A stretch of DNA of 63,815 nucleotides, counting the filler, from Octopus bimaculoides (Eukaryota): assembly GCF_001194135.2 (NCBI RefSeq). It is 8 parts of 7 records of this genome, joined end to end, with 100 filler letters (N's around TTAATTAATTAA, not from the genome) between each part and the next. Parts side by side here need not be neighbours in the genome. Positions count along the whole stretch, not along the records: positions 1 to 8,188 come from NC_068999.1; positions 8,289 to 19,132 come from NC_068981.1; 6 more parts are not named here. One strand, given 5' to 3'. The notes below the pieces were generated by a model. That model did not search any database and was not told the origin of the DNA. It saw only the letters and a program-made list of their open reading frames with translations. Positions 1 through 14,759 of this stretch are shown here, piece after piece; the first letter of the stretch is position 1, and every line of letters starts with the position of its first letter. Made by a program: the position numbers and the translations under genes.

Positions 1-38
<38 letters not shown>

Positions 39-286
39 CATACATATATATAGACATATATATATACACATATATATATACATATACATATACGTATGCA
101 TATACGCAGGCACAAATATACACCCATATGTATATATGTATATGTAGATATATGTAGGCAGGTATATACACACACAGAGGCATACACAATTTTGCGGGAA
201 TCATAGCAACATATGCACGATGCAACACGCGCACACATATGTGGTTGGGTACAGATAGATAGATAGATAGATAGATATATATATAT

Positions 287-341
<55 letters not shown>

Positions 342-1322
342 GACAGAGGCAGATAAAAATGCCTAAATTTTACACACTGCGAAACACACTTTAACAGATA
401 AAAAACGCATAGCTCACTCTTTATATATTAATACAAACATATACAAATCCAAAAACACAAACATCTATCTATATCGGTACATGTCAGGCTATTAGTATAT
501 CGAAATATATATATGAGCGTCCGCTTAAAAGTAAATGATATCTAACGCAGGCTCATAAGATAACGCTCTGTCAAACATACACATATATACCTACCTACAT
601 ATATCTACATATACATATATACATATATTCATAGACATATATATATAGATGTAGATAGTTATAGATAGCTATATAGATAGACGCAAATACATATGTGCAT
701 ATTTATTTGAGTGTCTGCTAGTCTGCTTCGTCTGTGTGATCGTGNNNNNNNNNNNNNNNNNNNNNNNNNNNNNNNNNNNNNNNNNNNNNNNNNNNNNNNN
801 NNNNNNNNNNNNNNNNNNNNNNNNNNNNNNNNNNNNNNNNNNNNCTTATATACATCTATATATATGTATGTATATAAGCATACACAAGTATGCATGCTAA
901 TATTCACATGAAAATATGCATGTGGTAAAAGATTAATTCCAAACTACCTGGTTCCGAGTTCAATCCCCTAGCTAAGCAACTTCTGCAAGTGTACTCTACT
1001 ATATACTATGGCCGACCAAAGTTTTTTCGGTGACTTTGGTACACGGAAACAAAACGAAGCCGTTCGTATACATATATATACATTTCTGTGTGTATGTGCG
1101 TCTGCATTTGTCACACACCATCGCTTGACAACCGTTGAGGGTGTGTTTAGGACCAAATAATTTAGCCGGTCGGCAAAAAAGAGCGATAGAATAAATGCTA
1201 CGTTTATAAAGAATAATTCTTTGGGTCGACTTCCTCAGTTAGAAGGTAGTGCACCAGCTTGGGCACAATGTAGAGACTGAAACATATAACAATAAAAAAA
1301 CCAAAAATTGTGTGCGTATATA

Positions 1323-1358
<36 letters not shown>

Positions 1359-1403
1359 CATACGTATATATATATACACACACACATACACAGACACACA
1401 CAG

Positions 1404-1462
<59 letters not shown>

Positions 1463-2398
1463 NNNNNNNNNNNNNNNNNNNNNNNNNNNNNNNNNNNNNN
1501 NNNNNNNNNNNNNNNNNNNNNNNNNNNNNNNNNNNNNNNNNNNNNNNNNNNNNNNNNNNNNNNNNNNNNNNNNNNNNNNNNNNNNNNNNNNNNNNNNNNN
1601 NNNNNNNNNNNNNNNNNNNNNNNNNNNNNNNNNNNNNNNNNNNNNNNNNNNNNNNNNNNNNNNNNNNNNNNNNNNNNNNNNNNNNNNNNNNNNNNNNNNN
1701 NNNNNNNNNNNNNNNNNNNNNNNNNNNNNNNNNNNNNNNNNNNNNNNNNNNNNNNNNNNNNNNNNNNNNNNNNNNNNNNNNNNNNNNNNNNNNNNNNNNN
1801 NNNNNNNNNNNNNNNNNNNNNNNNNNNNNNNNNNNNNNNNNNNNNNNNNNNNNNNNNNNNNNNNNNNNNNNNNNNNNNNNNNNNNNNNNNNNNNNNNNNN
1901 NNNNNNNNNNNNNNNNNNNNNNNNNNNNNNNNNNNNNNNNNNNNNNNNNNNNNNNNNNNNNNNNNNNNNNNNNNNNNNNNNNNNNNNNNNNNNNNNNNNN
2001 NNNNNNNNNNNNNNNNNNNNNNNNNNNNNNNNNNNNNNNNNNNNNNNNNNNNNNNNNNNNNNNNNNNNNNNNNNNNNNNNNNNNNNNNNNNNNNNNNNNN
2101 NNNNNNNNNNNNNNNNNNNNNNNNNNNNNNNNNNNNNNNNNNNNNNNNNNNNNNNNNNNNNNNNNNNNNNNNNNNNNNNNNNNNNNNNNNNNNNNNNNNN
2201 NNNNNNNNNNNNNNNNNNNNNNNNNNNNNNNNNNNNNNNNNNNNNNNNNNNNNNNNNNNNNNNNNNNNNNNNNNNNNNNNNNNNNNNNNNNNNNNNNNNN
2301 NNNNNNNNNNNNNNNNNNNNNNNNNNNNNNNNNNNNNNNNNNNNNNNNNNNNNNNNNNNNNNNNNNNNNNNNNNNNNNNNNNNNNNNNNNNNNNNNNN

Positions 2399-2434
<36 letters not shown>

Positions 2435-3727
2435 TGTGTGTGCGTGTGTGTGTGTATATGTATATATGTATATATATATTATATATATACATCTTTTGCT
2501 TAAATGGGTACTTTTTTTTTAAAACACACATGGTCGTTATATCCCACTAACGATCTGATATAAAACCAAGCAGCGTATTCTACTCGTCCACACAGTTTGT
2601 TTTCGGTGTATTCCTTGTGTATGTGTGTGCGTTGTACTGCTCTTCTTCACGTTAATCTTCGCAGGCGTGTGCGATCCCTAGTATGTGTGTAGTTGTATAT
2701 GATGTTATAGACATATATAAGTGTCAACTGTCTATGTATATAAACATTTATTAATGTAATCATGTCTCTGTCTATCCGTCTACCTGCATATATATATATG
2801 TATATATATATATANNNNNNNNNNNNNNNNNNNNNNNNNNNNNNNNNNNNNNNNNNNNNNNNNNNNNNNNNNNNNNNNNNNNNNNNNNNNNNNNNNNNNN
2901 NNNNNNNNNNNNNNNNNNNNNNNNNNNNNNNNNNNNNNNNNNNNNNNNNNNNNNNNNNNNNNNNNNNNNNNNNNNNNNNNNNNNNNNNNNNNNNNNNNNN
3001 NNNNNNNNNNNNNNNNNNNNNNNNNNNNNNNNNNNNNNNNNNNNNNNNNNNNNNNNNNNNNNNNNNNNNNNNNNNNNNNNNNNNNNNNNNNNNNNNNNNN
3101 NNNNNNNNNNNNNNNNNNNNNNNNNNNNNNNNNNNNNNNNNNNNNNNNNNNNNNNNNNNNNNNNNNNNNNNNNNNNNNNNNNNNNNNTTATTAATGTAAT
3201 CATGTCTCTGTCTATCCGTCTACCTGCATATATATATATGTATATGTATGTATATGTATATGTGTGTGCATACGTTAACGTATATTTACGTAATCCTTTA
3301 TTTCTTTTTTCTTGTATTTGGTTCACTTATCTTCCCTGCGTCCATGCTGGGGCACCCCATTTAATCGAATAAATCGCATCCCTGGACTTATCTTTCTAAA
3401 TACTTATTCTGTCATTATCTTTTGCCGAACCGCAATTCTACGGAGCCGCNNNNNNNNNNTATTTGTTCTTGTTATAAACAATTAAATAGACATAATATAA
3501 AGTCTAATATTTGATGAATATAACCACTTGATCCCCTCCATTTTCTCATTGCCGTGTGAATTAAGGGTAAAACATATTTTTAACCTCACCCATTTATTTC
3601 ATTCAGTAGTGTAAGTGCGACACAATAAAAAACAAAAACAATTGTGTATTAATGATGGGGTATTCTACCAGCAGTATATTGGATAGATATTATCCCTTAG
3701 TTGGTTGGTTTCACAACCTCTCTCTTG

Positions 3728-3763
<36 letters not shown>

Positions 3764-5436
3764 TAGAGAGAGGGGGGGAGACAAAGCAGTGACTGTGTGT
3801 CAGTGATTGTTCTCCAGACGTCGCTGGACAACCGAATTTGGTGTGTTTACATCGGCAAATGAGACCGATCGAATAGTTCGATTAAACGCGGTGGTCCAAC
3901 ATGCCCGCAGTCAAATGAGTGAAACGATAAAAAGTAAAAGAATAAATGATATCCACCTATGTATATATATCTGAATATATATATGTATCATATATATATA
4001 TTTATATATANNNNNNNNNNNNNNNNNNNNNNNNNNNNNNNNNNNNNNNNNNNNNNNNNNNNNNNNNNNNNNNNNNNNNNNNNNNNNNNNNNNNNNNNNN
4101 NNNNNNNNNNNNNNNNNNNNNNNNNNNNNNNNNNNNNNNNNNNNNNNNNNNNNNNNNNNNNNNNNNNNNNNNNNNNNNNNNNNNNNNNNNNNNNNNNNNN
4201 NNNNNNNNNNNNNNNNNNNNNNNNNNNNNNNNNNNNNNNNNNNNNNNNNNNNNNNNNNNNNNNNNNNNNNNNNNNNNNNNNNNNNNNNNNNNNNNNNNNN
4301 NNNNNNNNATATATATATATATATATATATATAATGAGTCAGTGTCTGTCACACTACCACGGCTTGACAACCGATGTTTGTGTGTTTGCGGTCCCGTTCC
4401 ACAAAAGGTATCGACAGAGTAAGGATCAGACATTAAAAAGAAGTACTGGACTCGATTCCTTCATTCGACTAGAATTTGAAGGCCGTGCCCCACTATTGCC
4501 GCAGTTTAATTACTGAGAGAAGGAAAAGATAAAACATTTCAAAAATAGCCTCTATTTGTGTAGTAATCTTCAATCAGGAGTTCATCTCCTGCTTTATATT
4601 TATCAGTGTGGCTGTATTATGTATCTATATTACCTACTCTTCCTTCCGACCAAACTTTCTACCTGTATATCAATATATTTATTTACTTCACTTTGTCTCT
4701 TCATCTACACAAACACACAAACACACACACAGACACACATACACGGAAATATATATTAGTATGTGTGCCTGTGCGTGGGTGCGTTTTTGCGTATATATCT
4801 ACCATTAGCAGAAGACACTTGCCCAAGGTGCCACGCAGTGGGAATGAACCCGGAACCATGTGGTTGGTAGGCAAGCTACTTACCACACATCCACTCCCTT
4901 TCCTATATATATATATTTGTGTGTGGTGAGAGTTAAGTGATATAATCTTATAATCAGTTATTTGTATATACGTATATATATTTGTTTGTGTGTGGGGAAC
5001 TGTTTAAGAGATATATTCTTCTAATCAGTATCCTGTGATATGTTCATGTTTTTGAGGAACCGAACATTAACGATCCCGCTCTGTGCTAAGATATTACAGC
5101 AAAACCTTTCTCACATTTCTAAAGGATAAAATTCACTTCATAATTTGTTAAGCCTGATAACTCATGAGGAATTGTTTATGTCAAACTTCATCTTGACCTT
5201 TAGCTGCTTTGAACCACGCGGTAATACCATACAATCGAATGGGATAGACATTCTGTCTGAGTCACACGCGCGCGCGCTCATATGTATGTATGAATGTATG
5301 TGTGTATGTATAGACAGCGAGACCCACGCATAACAATCTCTCATACATACGGACTATATAGACATACGTACTAATTATATATTTACTCGTATATGCGTGC
5401 GTATGTGTATGTATGTAGATATGCGTGTGCATATGA

Positions 5437-5475
<39 letters not shown>

Positions 5476-5752
5476 NNNNNNNNNNNNNNNNNNNNNNNNN
5501 NNNNNNNNNNNNNNNNNNNNNNNNNNNNNNNNNNNNNNNNNNNNNNNNNNNNNNNNNNNNNNNNNNNNNNNNNNNNNNNNNNNNNNNNNNNNNNNNNNNN
5601 NNNNNNNNNNNATATGTATACATGCATACATATACATATATATACATATATACATACATATATGTATATACATAAACATGTACATATATATATATATGTG
5701 TGTATACATATATGTATACATATAAGTATGTGTATATGTATATGTATGTATG

Positions 5753-5798
<46 letters not shown>

Positions 5799-5802
5799 AT
5801 GT

Positions 5803-6625
5803 ATTTTGTCATCACATAACTAATGCTGTTTTTCAATTGCATGAAATAAAACTTGGAGTGCGGACGGGATAAACTACCTGCATTAACTAGTTATTAAAGC
5901 AGGTAGTAATTTCATCTTATACTCATTCATAGTGCAAGTTTTGAAGAGTGCAGTACGATTTTAACATTTATTTTTTCGAAGCTAATATGGAAGTCACAAA
6001 TGAGCTTATTCAGCATATTTTGATTAATGTGTTCTATAAAGGCAACGATGGTTCCAGAAATTCCGAGCCCAAAACTACAGCCTAGAAAATGAGCCTCGTC
6101 TATAGATCTCGACGAGGACGTCCTGCAAACACTGGTGGAACAAATTCACATCGTAACTGTTGAGGAACTAACAGAGAAGCTTGGAATTGGTCATTCAAAC
6201 ATCCATCAGCACCTGGATGCTATCGGAAAAGTCAGCAAATAGTATGAATGGATTTCTCGCAAGCTTTCCGAGTCTAATCGCGCACAGAGAGCCAGTGCGT
6301 ACTCTTCTTTGCATTCACGTTTCACAAATCAACCTTTTTTTGCACCGAAATGTGACTGGTGACGAGAAATGGGCTCTCTATAAAAATATCAACCGCCGGA
6401 GACAGTAGGTAGGGAAAGGAGAAACACTGGCACTCCCGAGTAAAGAAGCTCTTCACCCACGTAAGATCTTGTTATCTGTTTGGTGAGAAATGATATGTCT
6501 TGTGTACTTTAAATTTTTTAGCCCAAACCAAACCATAACGAATGAGATCTTCTGTGAGCAGCTTCAGCGGCCGTGGTCAGCGCTAGAAGGAAAACGAAGG
6601 TCTTTGGTTTCAAGATGAAAAGCGT
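5803..6625 (+). mobile_element. Degenerate mariner (DD34D-type) transposon
   Basis: MEVTNELIQHIL..., QRWFQKF, FLHRNVTGDEKW, LHPRKILLSVW; stops and deletions; 5' end homologous to the 48120-48300 copy. Confidence 0.85.
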
Positions 6626-6662
6626 TTGCGTATATGAGTATGTGCCTGTGTTTATGTATGTA

Positions 6663-6717
<55 letters not shown>

Positions 6718-8127
6718 TTTTTACTCTTTTATTCTTTTACTTGTTTCAGTAATTTGATTGCGGTCAAATCGACCCCAAGACTTATTCCGTGTAAGCCTTG
6801 TACTTATTCCATTGCTTTCTTTTAGTGAACTGCTTAGTTTCGGGGACGTAAACATGCTAGCATCGGTTGTCAAGCGATGGTGGGGGGACAAACACAGACC
6901 CACAAACGCACACACACACACACACATACACACACATACATATATGTGTACGACGAGCTTATATCAGTTTCAGTCTATCAAATCTATTCCCAAGGTTTTG
7001 GTCGGCCCGAAGCTATAGTAGAAGACACTTGCCCAATGTGCCACACAGTGAGACTGAACCCAGAACTATGTGGTTGGTGGTATCTACATTTATTCTGTGT
7101 GTGTGTTTGTTTTGTTGTTGTTTTTTTTTGCATTCTAATATCAAATCGGTTCATGCAAGCAATGTTTTACGTGTAAAACTCCATTTTACATATGAAACGT
7201 GTTATCATCATATTTAACCAACTAGTTGACTAATAAAAAAATTGTCCAGTTAGTTGCTTGTGTAATTGTTTGATCACTCAGTGAAGCAGTTAGTTGGTTT
7301 GTCATAATCATTTTGTCGTCATTCATGATCTCATCAATTATGTACTTCCTTACTCCAGGTCAGTCACGGTGTGTCGAAAGTTTGAGAAACTGACTGATTT
7401 ATTAATTGATTGAGTAATCTAGCTATTAGTCAACCAATCGATTATTTAATTGGTTAATTAGTTAAGTAGTTTGCATATAACAATAACATGTCTGAAATAG
7501 AACACTTGTGTGTGTATGAGTGTGTTTGTGTGCATGTGTGCTTTTGTGTGAATGTGTGTGTGCCCATGAATGGATGGATATATGTGTGGTATGTGCTTGT
7601 GCATTTGCATCTATGTATAAACGCACACCCTGTGCACGCACTACTCATACACACTCACACACATGTATCTACCTATCTCCGTATCTTTCAGTTTATCTCT
7701 CTTTTGCTATATGTGTGTGTTATGCATTTGCGCGTGCGCACGAACACACATACGTATTGGATGTTAGAGTTTTAGGTATAATATGAGTGTGAATAAAATG
7801 GATTAGTAACTAATGGTTTGATCTAGTGCTGTACCATAAAGATAGCAACATTAGCAGCAGCATCGTCTTGAACAGCGGCTGACGAGGTAAATAACGATAT
7901 ACAAATATCATCCGAGGAAATTGTTCATATGTCATCGATCTCTGCTTACTATATTTGCGTTCCATTCCGACGGTTTCCTAAAATTTTCATGGACTTATAA
8001 AGATGGCAACTTTTTCTCAGAAACTTATACTGCCAAAATCACACTCACACAGAGAGACAGACAGACATACATACACACACAAACACGCAAATACAGATGC
8101 ATATTTATATATATTATATGTATACAC

Positions 8128-8188
<61 letters not shown>

Positions 8189-8362
8189 NNNNNNNNNNNN
8201 NNNNNNNNNNNNNNNNNNNNNNNNNNNNNNNNTTAATTAATTAANNNNNNNNNNNNNNNNNNNNNNNNNNNNNNNNNNNNNNNNNNNNATATATATATAT
8301 ATATATATGTATATACATATATATTTGTATATATACATATGCATATATATGTATATATATGC

Positions 8363-8412
<50 letters not shown>

Positions 8413-9189
8413 ATATATGTGTGTGTGTGTGTGTGTGTGTGCGTGTGTCCAAGCATCACCGCTTTAAAAGTGATGTTGCTAGGTTTATGTCTCCATTACT
8501 TAGTGATTCGGCCAAAAGGACCGATAAGGTAAGTATAAAAAAAACGTCCTGGGGTTCTATCTTTTAGACTAAAATCCTTCAATATCGTGCTCCATCTTGG
8601 CCACAGTCAAGTGACTGAAATGGATAAAAAAACATATATGTACAAAGAGAGAGAGAGAGACAGACAGACAAACAGACAGACAGTCAGACAGACAGACAGA
8701 ATGAAACTTGTGAATTTCAGTCCGGATTGATATGAAATTGGAACGTACATGGAAGCAATATTTTTATTTTAACAAGTCAGCATTGTGGAGGTTGTGTCAT
8801 GACATTTCGTACGTCTTAGAATATTACGATTGATACAAATGAGGTACACAATAAACAATTACATGTTAGCTTATACAGGAAGTCACGAAATCACGCTTTC
8901 GTGAAGAGAATTCCGGAAGACAGAGGTGCGTGTGGATATTGAGTGGTCAATGCGAGTCATAGATTAATGAAACGCTTTTAGATGTGAGAGAATGAAAGGA
9001 ACGTGAATCGGATGTTCTTACGTAAGTTATGAATAGAAAGTCGACCTCGGCGAAATTTGAACTCAAAAGACGGACTTTGCGCGGCGTGCTAACCATTCTA
9101 CCCACTCAACGTCATTTACTAAGTAATTATTAAAAGATGTTTGGTGAGTAAGTCTAAAAACCAGATTGTCCTCGATTTTGAGCTGCAAT

Positions 9190-9450
9190 TTCTCCGCTTT
9201 GATAGCTTACAGCATCCATCCTACGAACATGTGACTAGAATATCGCAGGTAAAAGGTGCAAGATGGATTCTTCAAGCCGCGCCACTCGGTAGGGGACCAA
9301 GTGGTAGAGCAAGAACGAGATGGTAGACGAGATGTGGTTGATCACTCTAAGGAATTTAGTCAGAAATTCTAATGACTGTTGCTTCTGATAGGAGCTTATT
9401 AAGGAGGTGTCCATTTACCTTATGCCCACGGCCCTCCTGTGGATAATGGT
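9190..9450 (+). mobile_element. RTE-like LINE C-terminal relic
   Basis: RWILQAAPLGRGPSGRARTRW...LMTVASDR resembles the RTE GRRxxGRPRxRW tail. Confidence 0.55.
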
Positions 9451-10281
9451 CGGAGAAGAATGGTGCTTGGATGGAAATCACTAGATATTTCATCTTGCGA
9501 TTAACCGATTCTGACAACTATGACGCTCTGACTTCAGCTATTATTTATAGTCATTATTATTGAAAGTAATTATTTTTCTGCCGTTATTAAAGTAATAGTT
9601 AGATTTTTGCAATATGATTGGAATATTTGCCAAGATATACTGAGATCTTTGTTCGTCATATTCAATTGCCAATACGTCATAAGTTATTCACGAGGGAACT
9701 GCAATGTTGTTCCTAGCTTATTGGCTTCACATGAAATTAGAAATATTGCAAATTAATTTTAACTTGTATTACTCGATAATACGTGAACAAGAGGAGTTAC
9801 TCAGAAAAATCATTCATAGAAATCGGTGTAATTGATTTCGTCGTCCTAAACACCGAAAATTTCTCGGTCCTTTGTATTTCTAAAACAACAGAGTGTGATC
9901 TGAGGTGGATTTTCCGATTCTTACTACAAGATTTGATGATTATATATAATTGTATATACAGCTATCTGTTATTAGATTTGGTCTAACCTGACTGAGCAAA
10001 TATATTATCAGTATATGTGTACGTGCAAGGCGGTACGCTAGCAGAGCCATTAGCACGTCGGGCAAAATGTGTGGCGGTATTTTATCTGTCCGGCATTTTG
10101 CCTGTTTTTACGTTGAGTGCAGATTCTGCCGAGGTCGACATTGCCTTCCATCCTTTCTGAGTCGATAAAATGAGTGTCAGTTGATCACAGGGGACGATGT
10201 CCTCGGCTTACTTCTTCCCACGAAATTGCTGACCTTATGCCAAAATTGGACATTTATAATGAATGTATATATATATATATG

Positions 10282-10314
<33 letters not shown>

Positions 10315-10648
10315 NNNNNNNNNNNNNNNNNNNNNNNNNNNNNNNNNNNNNNNNNNNNNNNNNNNNNNNNNNNNNNNNNNNNNNNNNNNNNNNNNNNNNN
10401 NNNNNNNNNNNNNNNNNNNNNNNNNNNNNNNNNNNNNNNNNNNNNNNNNNNNNNNNNNNNNNNNNNNNNNNNNNNNNNNNNNNNNNNNNNNNNNNNNNNN
10501 NNNNNNNNNNNNNNNNNNNNNNNNNNNNNNNNNNNNNNNNNNNNNNNNNNNNNNNNNNNNNNNNNNNNNNNNNNNNNNNNNNNNNNNNNNNNNNNNNNNN
10601 NNNNNNNNNNNNNNNNNNNNNNNNNNNNNNNNNNNNNNNNNNNNNNNN

Positions 10649-10683
<35 letters not shown>

Positions 10684-10714
10684 ACAAACAGATACACGCG
10701 TATAGGTATATATA

Positions 10715-11040
10715 CAGTCTACCCTCGCTTATTCGCGGTTCGGCATTCACGGTCCCGGTTATTCGCGGAACTAATAATTGTTCGCGGAAACCACTGCATA
10801 TTCACAAAATCGTATATATCGTCCTTGATTTTTTATGGATTTTCTCATGGCAATATATATTTTTTCACACTTTTTAAGGCTAAATTACTAATAACAATAT
10901 ACCGTATTTGCCGGCTTACTGGACGTCCCTTCGCAGTTGAAGCTCCTTCTGATTAGGATAGCCGCGCAGCATCACGTTGCTTCATTGTTTTAGATACAAG
11001 TACACTGTACCTTGTGCCTCTTATTCCTGCTTTCAATCAA
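10715..11040 (+). mobile_element. Tigger/pogo left end (TIR)
   Basis: TA|CAGTCTACCCTCGCTTATTCGCGG, a Tigger-type terminus with repeated TTATTCGCGG. Confidence 0.6.
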
Positions 11041-12412
11041 AGCTTGCTAACTAGTATCACAACATCTATCTATATTTCACACATACATGCTATCTCGCCC
11101 TCTCTCGTTGTATTTGTCTCTCAACAACAACCTCTCATTTAGAGGAAGTATATATATATATATATATATNNNNNNNNNNNNNNNNNNNNNNNNNNNNNNN
11201 NNNNNNNNNNNNNNNNNNNNNNNNNNNNNNNNNNNNNNNNNNNNNNNNNNNNNNNNNNNNNNNNNNNNNNNNNNNNNNNNNNNNNNNNNNNNNNNNNNNN
11301 NNNNNNNNNNNNNNNNNNNNNNNNNNNNNNNNNNNNNNNNNNNNNNNNNNNNNNNNNNNNNNNNNNNNNNNNNNNNNNNNNNNNNNNNNNNNNNNNNNNN
11401 NNNNNNNNNNNNNNNNNNNNNNNNNNNNNNNNNNNNNNNNNNNNNNNNNNNNNNNNNNNNNNNNNNNNNNNNNNNNNNNNNNNNNNNNNNNNNNNNNNNN
11501 NNNNNNNNNNNNNNNNNNNNNNNNNNNNNNNNNNNNNNNNNNNNNNNNNNNNNNNNNNNNNNNNNNNNNNNNNNNNNNNNNNNNNNNNNNNNNNNNNNNN
11601 NNNNNNNNNNNNNNNNNNNNNNNNNNNNNNNNNNNNNNNNNNNNNNNNNNNNNNNNNNNNNNNNNNNNNNNNNNNNNNNNNNNNNNNNNNNNNNNNNNNN
11701 NNNNNNNNNNNNNNNNNNNNNNNNNNNNNNNNNNNNNNNNNNNNNNNNNATTACATCTTTAAGGAGATGTGCATGCTTAGCAAGTGGCTTGAAGTTTTGT
11801 CAATAAAAACTTTGTGAAGTTTTGTCAGAACACGTTGCGGTTACAAAGAAAAGAAAATATTTTGCCACAAATGAAATTTAATTGTTTAAGCGAAACTAAA
11901 GGTTTTTGTCGCTTACAAATATCTTTCACGCTGCTATCTATTGTTTACATTTTTTACGAACGCGAAGAAAATCTATTTGTTTACCTATGAAATTCAAATG
12001 GAAGTTGACATTTAAAACAGAACCGAATCTTGTAATATTAAGCATTATAATTTGTTTAATATACAAATAAACTTTATAGTTTAAGATTTTTCAATATTCC
12101 TTTATAATTTATTCGAAGAAATATGACTGTTTTTAATAACGTGGGGATAAAAAAATAAACTGGACACAGTTTCGTACTTCTTCAATCATTATATTATAGA
12201 TAGTATAGATTACTGCATCTAGTGGTTATACAAACTAAGTTTTTCAAAACCATGATTATTTTTAATCTCTGCTCAATCTCCCATCAGTCGTATGCACATA
12301 TTAGACAAAAGGAAGATTTTGTAGGTTTGTTTGGGGAACACTGCGTCCAGTAGCTATCTCGAGTATTTTTTCGAGTGCTATGTTTTTGGCAGCGTGTTAT
12401 TAAAGCCCTAAG

Positions 12413-14030
12413 ATGTCACCCAAACACCCTACACCTAAAATTTCTGGCAGTGAACCTAAAGGCCGGCAGAATGTTATGACGCTCTATGGATATGTTCCTA
12501 GAAGGTAAACGTTATGTTGCAGTAGGTCACTGTTATGTTGTCAACGAAGCACAATACGCTACATAAAGAAGAACGAGGTGGTGATCAGGACTACCGTAGC
12601 AGTAAGTTGCTGTGAAACTGCCAAAAAGATAACAATAGTGAGAAATAAGCACTTGGTCAGGATGGAATCTACCTTGGCATTGTGGATTAGTGACTGCAAG
12701 AAGAAAAACATCCCCTTGAGCGGTAACATTATCCGCAAAAAAGCGTGGAAATTATACCAGCAGTTCGACAGAAGAGACGGAGCAGAAGGCACCGAAGAAC
12801 CACAACCAAGACCATTGAAAGCAAAGGAGCCCTTGTGATTTTGAAGCCAGCAAGGTATGGTTTGACCGTTTGCAGAAACGGTTTAAAATAAAGTGTGTTT
12901 CTCTGCATGGAGAGACAGCATCAGCTAACAAAATGCCGCCGAGAAGTACCTTGAAACCTTCAGGCAAATCATCGAGGACAAGGGATACAAGCTGGAACAG
13001 GCTTTTAATATGTACGAGACTGGATTGTTCTGGAAGGAGATGCCTTCCAGAATGTACATCATGAAGGACGAAGCCAGAGTGCTAGGATTTAAGGTACAGA
13101 AGGATAAAGTGATGCTAATTATGTGTGGCAATGCTGCTGGCTTCACGATGAAACCAGGATTTATCTACAAGTCTGCGAACCAGAGAGCCTTCAAAAATAA
13201 TAATAAAAACCTGCTGCCTGTCCACTGGATGCACAACCCCAAGGCCTGGATTACCAAAAGTTTAACTTTAAATTGGTTCCACCAATGCTTCTTCCCTCAA
13301 GCCAAGGAATACCTCCAAAACATATGCATGAAATTCGAGGGGTTGCTTGTTATCGATAATGCTGGTGCTTACTCTTCGGATTTGAATCACGAGCGCGTCC
13401 AAGTCGATTTCCTCCCTGCCAACACCACCACCCTCATCCAGCGTATGGACCAAGGCATGATCCGTGCCTTCAAGGTACTTTGCACTCGGAACTATCTCCA
13501 ACACCTTGTGGATGCAATGGATTCGGACGAGAATTTCAAGTTAAAGGAGTACTGGCGTAACTTCACGATCGCAACGTGCCTGTCAATCATCCACGCTGCT
13601 CTTAAAGGCATGAAAGAAAGAAAACCTCACCGCATGCTGGACGGTGTGGCCAGAGTGTGTCCTGGACTACGAGTGCTTCTCACCTGAAGATATTCAGCAC
13701 GAGGCTGTCAACAATGTGGTGAAACTGGCAAAGGTACTTGGTGGCAAAGGTTTTGATGGCATCACGCAAGATGAGGTCAACGACCTCATCGCTGCCCACT
13801 ATACAACCCTGACGGACGAAGATTTGTTGGAGTTAACGAAGTCTGCCAGGGAAGAGAGGAGGAAGCGCCTGATCCAGTGGAAGTGGAGGATGAGGTGAGC
13901 CTGCCAACTGAACGTCTGTCCGACCTTTTAAGGACAGTAAAGGAAATGCAAGGGAGGGCAGAGGCATGGGATCCCTATATGGTTCGGTCTCTCTAATTTA
14001 AAACGCCGTTAATGCTGCCGTGCAGAGAGA
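12413..14030 (+). pseudogene. Tigger/pogo (CENP-B-like HTH + DDE_1) transposase pseudogene
   Basis: NIPLSGNIIRKKA, WFDRLQKRF...SLHGETASA, QAFNMYETGLFWKEMP, WMHNPKAWITK, LLVIDNAGA, FLPANTTTLIQRMDQG; frameshifted. Confidence 0.92.
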
Positions 14031-14759
14031 TTCTGTATTATTTATATATATATATCTATATCTATGTATCTATCTATATNNNNNNNNNNNNNNNNNNNNN
14101 NNNNNNNNNNNNNNNNNNNNNNNNNNNNNNNNNNNNNNNNNNNNNNNNNNNNNNNNNNNNNNNNNNNNNNNNNNNNNNNNNNNNNNNNNNNNNNNNNNNN
14201 NNNNNNNNNNNNNNNNNNNNNNNNNNNNNNNNNNNNNNNNNNNNNNNNNNNNNNNNNNNNNNNNNNNNNNNNNNNNNNNNNNNNNNNNNNNNNNNNNNNN
14301 NNNNNNNNNNNNNNNNNNNNNNNNNNNNNNNNNNNNNNNNNNNNNNNNNNNNNNNNNNNNNNNNNNNNNNNNNNNNNNNNNNNNNNNNNNNNNNNNNNNN
14401 NNNNNNNNNNNNNNNNNNNNNNNNNNNNNNNNNNNNNNNNNNNNNNNNNNNNNNNNNNNNNNNNNNNNNNNNNNNNNNNNNNNNNNNNNNNNNNNNNNNN
14501 NNNNNNNNNNNNNNNNNNNNNNNNNNNNNNNNNNNNNNNNNNNNNNNNNNNNNNNNNNNNNNNNNNNNNNNNNNNNNNNNNNNNNNNNNNNNNNNNNNNN
14601 NNNNNNNNNNNNNNNNNNNNNNAGATTGAAAGATAGATAGATACATACATACATACATGCATACATACATATATACATACATGCATACATACACACGCAC
14701 GCACGTACGTACAGATATTCGTTGTGTTTCTGCGTCGGTGATTCAAATCAGTGTGCATG

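Noticed and set aside
2746-3245. Identical sequence of about 60 nt on both sides of an N gap (2746-2810 and 3188-3245)
   Set aside because: Most likely a contig overlap or uncollapsed gap artefact.
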